This document shows positions 60,484 through 64,000 of a stretch of DNA of 64,000 nt, one piece after another. Source of the DNA: an uncultured delta proteobacterium (GTDB lineage: Bacteria; Desulfobacterota; RBG-13-43-22). Below the pieces are notes generated by a model, which saw only the letters and a list, made by a program, of their open reading frames with translations, was not told the DNA's origin and made no database searches. How positions within the stretch are numbered: position 1 is the stretch's first letter; each line of letters opens with the position of its first letter. Both the position numbers and the translations under genes were made by a program. The DNA is taken from positions 1,856,001-1,920,000 of the forward strand of contig CAWBOS010000010.1 in assembly GCA_963790475.1 (NCBI GenBank), written 5' to 3'.

Positions 60484-60562
60484 TAACCTGTCCATTGAAC
60501 TTAAGGGAATACCTGTTCGTCCTCAAGACGAAGAAACCTTAATAAAGATATCAAAAACTTGG

Positions 60563-60657
60563 GAATCCAGAATTCAGAAGCCAGAATTCAGGATAAACAC
60601 AAAACCTATAAAAGATATCGGGCCTTATTCTGGATTCTGGATTCTGAATTCCTGGCA
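60563..60657. repeat. Second copy of the CAGAAT/ATTCTG inverted 7-mer element
   Basis: GAATCCAGAATTCAGAAGCCAGAATTCAGGA ... TTCTGGATTCTGGATTCTGAATTCCTGG. Confidence 0.8.
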
Positions 60658-60725
60658 GGTCATAATTATTTTGCACTCATACATTAGGATAGAATAGAAT
60701 TAAACCACAAGGAGGAAAGTGTTAT

Positions 60726-61544
60726 ATGTTCGATCAAACCCTGGCCCAAAAGGCCGCGGAGAACTTGAAGCGCGTCCGTGAAAAAAGACCACTGGTGCAT
60801 AATATTACCAATTACGTAGTCATGAACTATACGGCCAATGCCCTTTTGGCCTGTGGTGCCTCCCCGGTAATGGCCCATGCCCTGGAAGAGGTGGAGGAAA
60901 TGGTGGCCATGGCCGGGGCCCTGGTGCTCAACATCGGGACCCTGAGCCTTCCCTGGATCGAGGCCATGTTGAAGGCCGGAAAACGGGCCAATGCCCTGAA
61001 GATCCCGGTAATTCTGGACCCGGTTGGTTCGGGGGCCACCAGACTGCGCACTGATTCCACCAAGCGGATCATGAAAGAAATATCGATCCAGGTACTTCGA
61101 GGCAATGCCTCGGAGGTCCTCTCTCTGGCCGGAGAGAGGACAAGTTCAACCACCAAAGGGGTGGATTCTGTTCACACTGTGGATCAGGCCACAGAAACGG
61201 CTATGTCCCTGTCCCAGGAACTGAAGACCACACTGGCCATCACCGGGGCCGTGGATTTGATCACCGACGGTAAGCAGGTTTATCGGGTTGAGAACGGGCA
61301 TGCCCTGATGGGCTGTGTCACCGGTACCGGCTGTACGGCCACGGCCCTGATCGCCGCTTTCCTGGCCGTGGATCCGGATTCTTTAGAAGCGGCCGCCACA
61401 GGATTATCTTATTTCGGTTTGGCCGGTGAAAAGGCAGCTGCCCAGGCCTCCGGTCCCGGCAGCTTCCAGATAGCCTTGCTTGATGCCCTTTACCTCATGA
61501 AAGAAGAAGTGCTAAAGGCGGGGGCCAAGATTCGGATAGGATGA
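60726..61544 (+). CDS. thiM: Hydroxyethylthiazole kinase
   Basis: PLVHNITNYV, NIGTL, LDPVG, RGNASE, TGTGC. Confidence 0.95.
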   Translation: MFDQTLAQKAAENLKRVREKRPLVHNITNYVVMNYTANALLACGASPVMAHALEEVEEMVAMAGALVLNIGTLSLPWIEAMLKAGKRANALKIPVILDPVGSGATRLRTDSTKRIMKEISIQVLRGNASEVLSLAGERTSSTTKGVDSVHTVDQATETAMSLSQELKTTLAITGAVDLITDGKQVYRVENGHALMGCVTGTGCTATALIAAFLAVDPDSLEAAATGLSYFGLAGEKAAAQASGPGSFQIALLDALYLMKEEVLKAGAKIRIG

Positions 61545-61777
61545 CCTCTCTCGAATAACCTACCTGCAAAAAATTGCAGTTACCGTTTTTCAGAAGGGGG
61601 CAAAAATGCTCTTTAGGAACAACTTTCTGGAAGAGGCCCTTCTGAAAATAATCCCAAAACCGAAACCATTTGATATTTTGGTGTAATAATCCAAAAGCGC
61701 CACCCGGCCAGACGCATTTTTTATGGACATTTTTTACAATTTATGGTTAATTCATCTTTTTTAGGAGAAAAGGGGTA

Positions 61778-62683
61778 ATGACCTCAATCCGTCAAATCAT
61801 TGATGATTTCCTTAAGCAGAATGAGGCCGAAAGAAGGTTGTCGTCTCATTCCTTACGAGGATATGGTCATGATTTGGCGGAGTTTTTAAATTATCTGGGA
61901 ACCCAGGGCGTGGAGGAAACCGGGCAGTTGGATCTGCCATTATTAAGAGGTTTTCTGGCCCAGCTCCACAAAAAAAACAAAAAAAGCACGGTGGCTCGAA
62001 AAATGGCCGCGCTTCGTTCCTGTTTCGGATATGCCCAGAAAAAAGGCTGGATACTGGAAAACCCGATAGCCCAGGTCCGAACTCCCAAGATTGAAAAAAC
62101 AATCCCTCCCTTCCTTTCGGAGAAGGAAGTGGGCATTCTATTGCAGGAGCCGGTCACCGATTCCTTGTTGGTACTCCGGGATCAGGCTTTTCTGGAACTT
62201 TTTTATGCCTCGGGATTGCGGTTAATGGAATTAACCCTTTTGGATTGGAGTTCCCTGGATCTTTCCCTCGGATTACTCCGGGTGGTCGGAAAAGGGGGGA
62301 AGGAAAGAATGGTCCCCATGGGACGGAAGGCCATCGAATCTTTAATGACCTATCAACGAGGCCTGAAACAGGCTGAACGGCGAGAGGAATTCAAGATTGT
62401 GGATCATCAGGCGGTATTCCTGAACCGGTTCGGGAAACGGGTCAGCGATCGGACCATTGCCCGCAGGTTAAAAAAAAGGGTAATCCAAGGAAATCTGTCT
62501 CCGGCCATCAGTCCCCATTCCCTGCGCCACAGTTTTGCGACCCATCTGCTGAATGCCGGGGCCGACTTACGGATCGTACAGGAACTGTTGGGGCACGCTT
62601 CCCTTTCCACGACCCAGAAATATACGCATATCAGCATGAGTCATTTACTGGAAGTCTATCAAAAGGCCCATCCAAGGGGGTAA
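61778..62683 (+). CDS. xerC: Tyrosine recombinase XerC
   Basis: [27 protein letters not shown]; first gene of xerC-hslV-hslU. Confidence 0.9.
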   Translation: MTSIRQIIDDFLKQNEAERRLSSHSLRGYGHDLAEFLNYLGTQGVEETGQLDLPLLRGFLAQLHKKNKKSTVARKMAALRSCFGYAQKKGWILENPIAQVRTPKIEKTIPPFLSEKEVGILLQEPVTDSLLVLRDQAFLELFYASGLRLMELTLLDWSSLDLSLGLLRVVGKGGKERMVPMGRKAIESLMTYQRGLKQAERREEFKIVDHQAVFLNRFGKRVSDRTIARRLKKRVIQGNLSPAISPHSLRHSFATHLLNAGADLRIVQELLGHASLSTTQKYTHISMSHLLEVYQKAHPRG

Positions 62684-62684
62684 G

Positions 62685-63212
62685 ATGTTTGAAGGAACGA
62701 CCATATTGGCCCTGCGTCATCAGGGCAAGGTAGTCATTGCCGGCGACGGCCAGGTCACCATGGGACAAACGGTGATGAAGCATAAAGCCAGAAAGATCCG
62801 GCGGCTGTATCATGACCAGATCCTGACCGGGTTTTCCGGGGCCACGGCCGATGCCCTGACCCTGTTCGAAAAGTTGGAGGCCAAACTGGAACAGTTCAAT
62901 GGAAATTTGACCAGGGCGGCGGTGGAAATGGCCAAAGACTGGCGTACGGATAAAATTTTACGAAGACTGGAAGCCTTATTGCTTGCCGCCGATAAGGACC
63001 ATATTTTGATTCTGTCCGGAACCGGCGATGTCATGGAGCCGGATGAAGAAGTGGCGGCCATAGGTTCCGGCGGTCCCTTGGCCCAGGCTGCGGCCAGGGC
63101 CTTGCTCAGCTTTTCCACCCTTTCCGCCGTTGACATCGCCAGGGAGGCCATGAAAATTGCGGCTTCCCTGTGCATATACACCAACGAGCAGATCGTATTG
63201 GAGGAATTATAG
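62685..63212 (+). CDS. hslV: HslV protease subunit
   Basis: GTTIL, GDGQVT, GSGG. Confidence 0.96.
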   Translation: MFEGTTILALRHQGKVVIAGDGQVTMGQTVMKHKARKIRRLYHDQILTGFSGATADALTLFEKLEAKLEQFNGNLTRAAVEMAKDWRTDKILRRLEALLLAADKDHILILSGTGDVMEPDEEVAAIGSGGPLAQAAARALLSFSTLSAVDIAREAMKIAASLCIYTNEQIVLEEL

Positions 63213-63213
63213 A

Positions 63214-64000
63214 TTGGTCAATGAATATTTAACACCCCGAGAAATCGTTTCTGAACTGGACAAATATATCGTCGGTCAGGATGCGGCCAAACGAACGGTA
63301 GCCATCGCCTTACGGAATCGCTGGCGCAGACAGCAGGTCCCTGAGGCGATTCGAGAGGAAATCGCTCCAAAGAATATAATTATGATCGGCCCCACCGGGG
63401 TCGGCAAGACCGAGATTTCCAGGCGGCTGGCCCGATTGGCCCAATCCCCCTTTCTGAAGGTGGAGGTCACCAAGTTTACGGAAGTGGGTTATGTGGGCAG
63501 GGACGTGGAGTCCATGGTTCGGGACCTTATGGAATTGGCCGTTAATATGATCAAGGGCGAAGAAAAACAAAAGGTCATGGCCAAGGCCAGGGAGATTGCC
63601 GAAGAACGATTATTGGACTTATTGCTTCCTCCCAAGACCGAAACTCCAAAGCCTGAAGAACCTGTTGGTCAGGAAAAAATTTTAGAAGTGGTCAGGAAAC
63701 CCAGTCCCGAACCTTTATCCACCCGGGAAAAGCTGCGAACCCTCTTTCAAGAAGGAAAGCTGGGGGAGCGCTTTGTGGACATGGAAGTCACCCAAAGATC
63801 GATCCCGATGGTGGAGATCTTTTCCACTGCGGGGATGGAAGAGATGGACTTCAATTTAAAAGATATGTTCGGGAACCTTTTCCCCAAAAAAACCAAACAC
63901 CGCAAGGTTAAGGTCCCCGATGCCTTTGAGATCCTGGTTCAGGAAGAATCTCAACGCCTGATTGACATGGACAAAGTAACGGAAGAAGCCATCCGCAAGG
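63214..64000 (+). CDS. hslU: HslU ATPase (partial, runs off right edge)
   Basis: Manual translation [17 protein letters not shown]...[17 protein letters not shown]...[12 protein letters not shown]. Confidence 0.95.
   Translation, partial: MVNEYLTPREIVSELDKYIVGQDAAKRTVAIALRNRWRRQQVPEAIREEIAPKNIIMIGPTGVGKTEISRRLARLAQSPFLKVEVTKFTEVGYVGRDVESMVRDLMELAVNMIKGEEKQKVMAKAREIAEERLLDLLLPPKTETPKPEEPVGQEKILEVVRKPSPEPLSTREKLRTLFQEGKLGERFVDMEVTQRSIPMVEIFSTAGMEEMDFNLKDMFGNLFPKKTKHRKVKVPDAFEILVQEESQRLIDMDKVTEEAIRK

Noticed and set aside
38578-60657. Short repeat tracts as CRISPR arrays
   Set aside because: Units are 7-8 nt with no unique spacers, and no cas genes are present
61778-62683. Tyrosine recombinase as the missing integron integrase
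   Set aside because: Lacks the IntI-specific insertion, sits in the conserved xerC-hslV-hslU operon and is about 29 kb from the array
147-63570. Numerous antisense or overlapping ORFs in the six-frame track (e.g. 147-473, 9847-10515, 36605-37297, 54067-54846)
   Set aside because: Shadows of well-supported genes, with no motifs or RBS
1-64000. Genome-wide TAG reassignment
   Set aside because: TAG ends conserved genes at the expected positions (hslV, mpl, the Ser/Thr kinase); in-frame TAGs are confined to one cassette

Overview
Chromosomal window from a probable Desulfobacterota/deltaproteobacterium (inferred from gene content and intergenic 7-8-mer repeats). Several single-base frameshifts in otherwise intact genes suggest assembly errors. 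Four main blocks. (1) 1-18.8 kb: a dense cyclic-nucleotide/phosphothreonine signalling neighbourhood around carbon-storage enzymes. It holds a pseudokinase-cNMP fusion, an FHA-pseudoREC-class III cyclase, a cNMP-domain-phosphofructokinase fusion, two phosphoesterase-fold proteins, glycogen phosphorylase, two repeat lipoproteins, an FHA-cNMP-degenerate AAA-membrane 4Fe-4S fusion and a membrane Ser/Thr kinase with TPRs. (2) about 21.0-33.1 kb: a minus-strand integron cassette array with about 10 recognisable attC sites, an attI-like site and a Pc-like promoter but no integrase (CALIN-like). Its cargo is 7 SAM methyltransferases, 4 GNATs, an HD-like protein, a nucleoside phosphorylase and BrnT/BrnA. 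An IS1634-family element sits in one cassette. (3) 33-44 kb: alkylsulfatase and fatty-acid oxidation genes with a duplicated 3-hydroxyacyl-CoA dehydrogenase, plus mpl. (4) 44.4-64 kb: a decayed vapBC, an XcyI/Cfr9I-like type II R-M pair, an AEP-primase/SF2 helicase fusion, alpha-2-macroglobulin-pbpC, an FKBP, thiE-thiL-thiM and xerC-hslV-hslU. No CRISPR array, rRNA or tRNA was seen.
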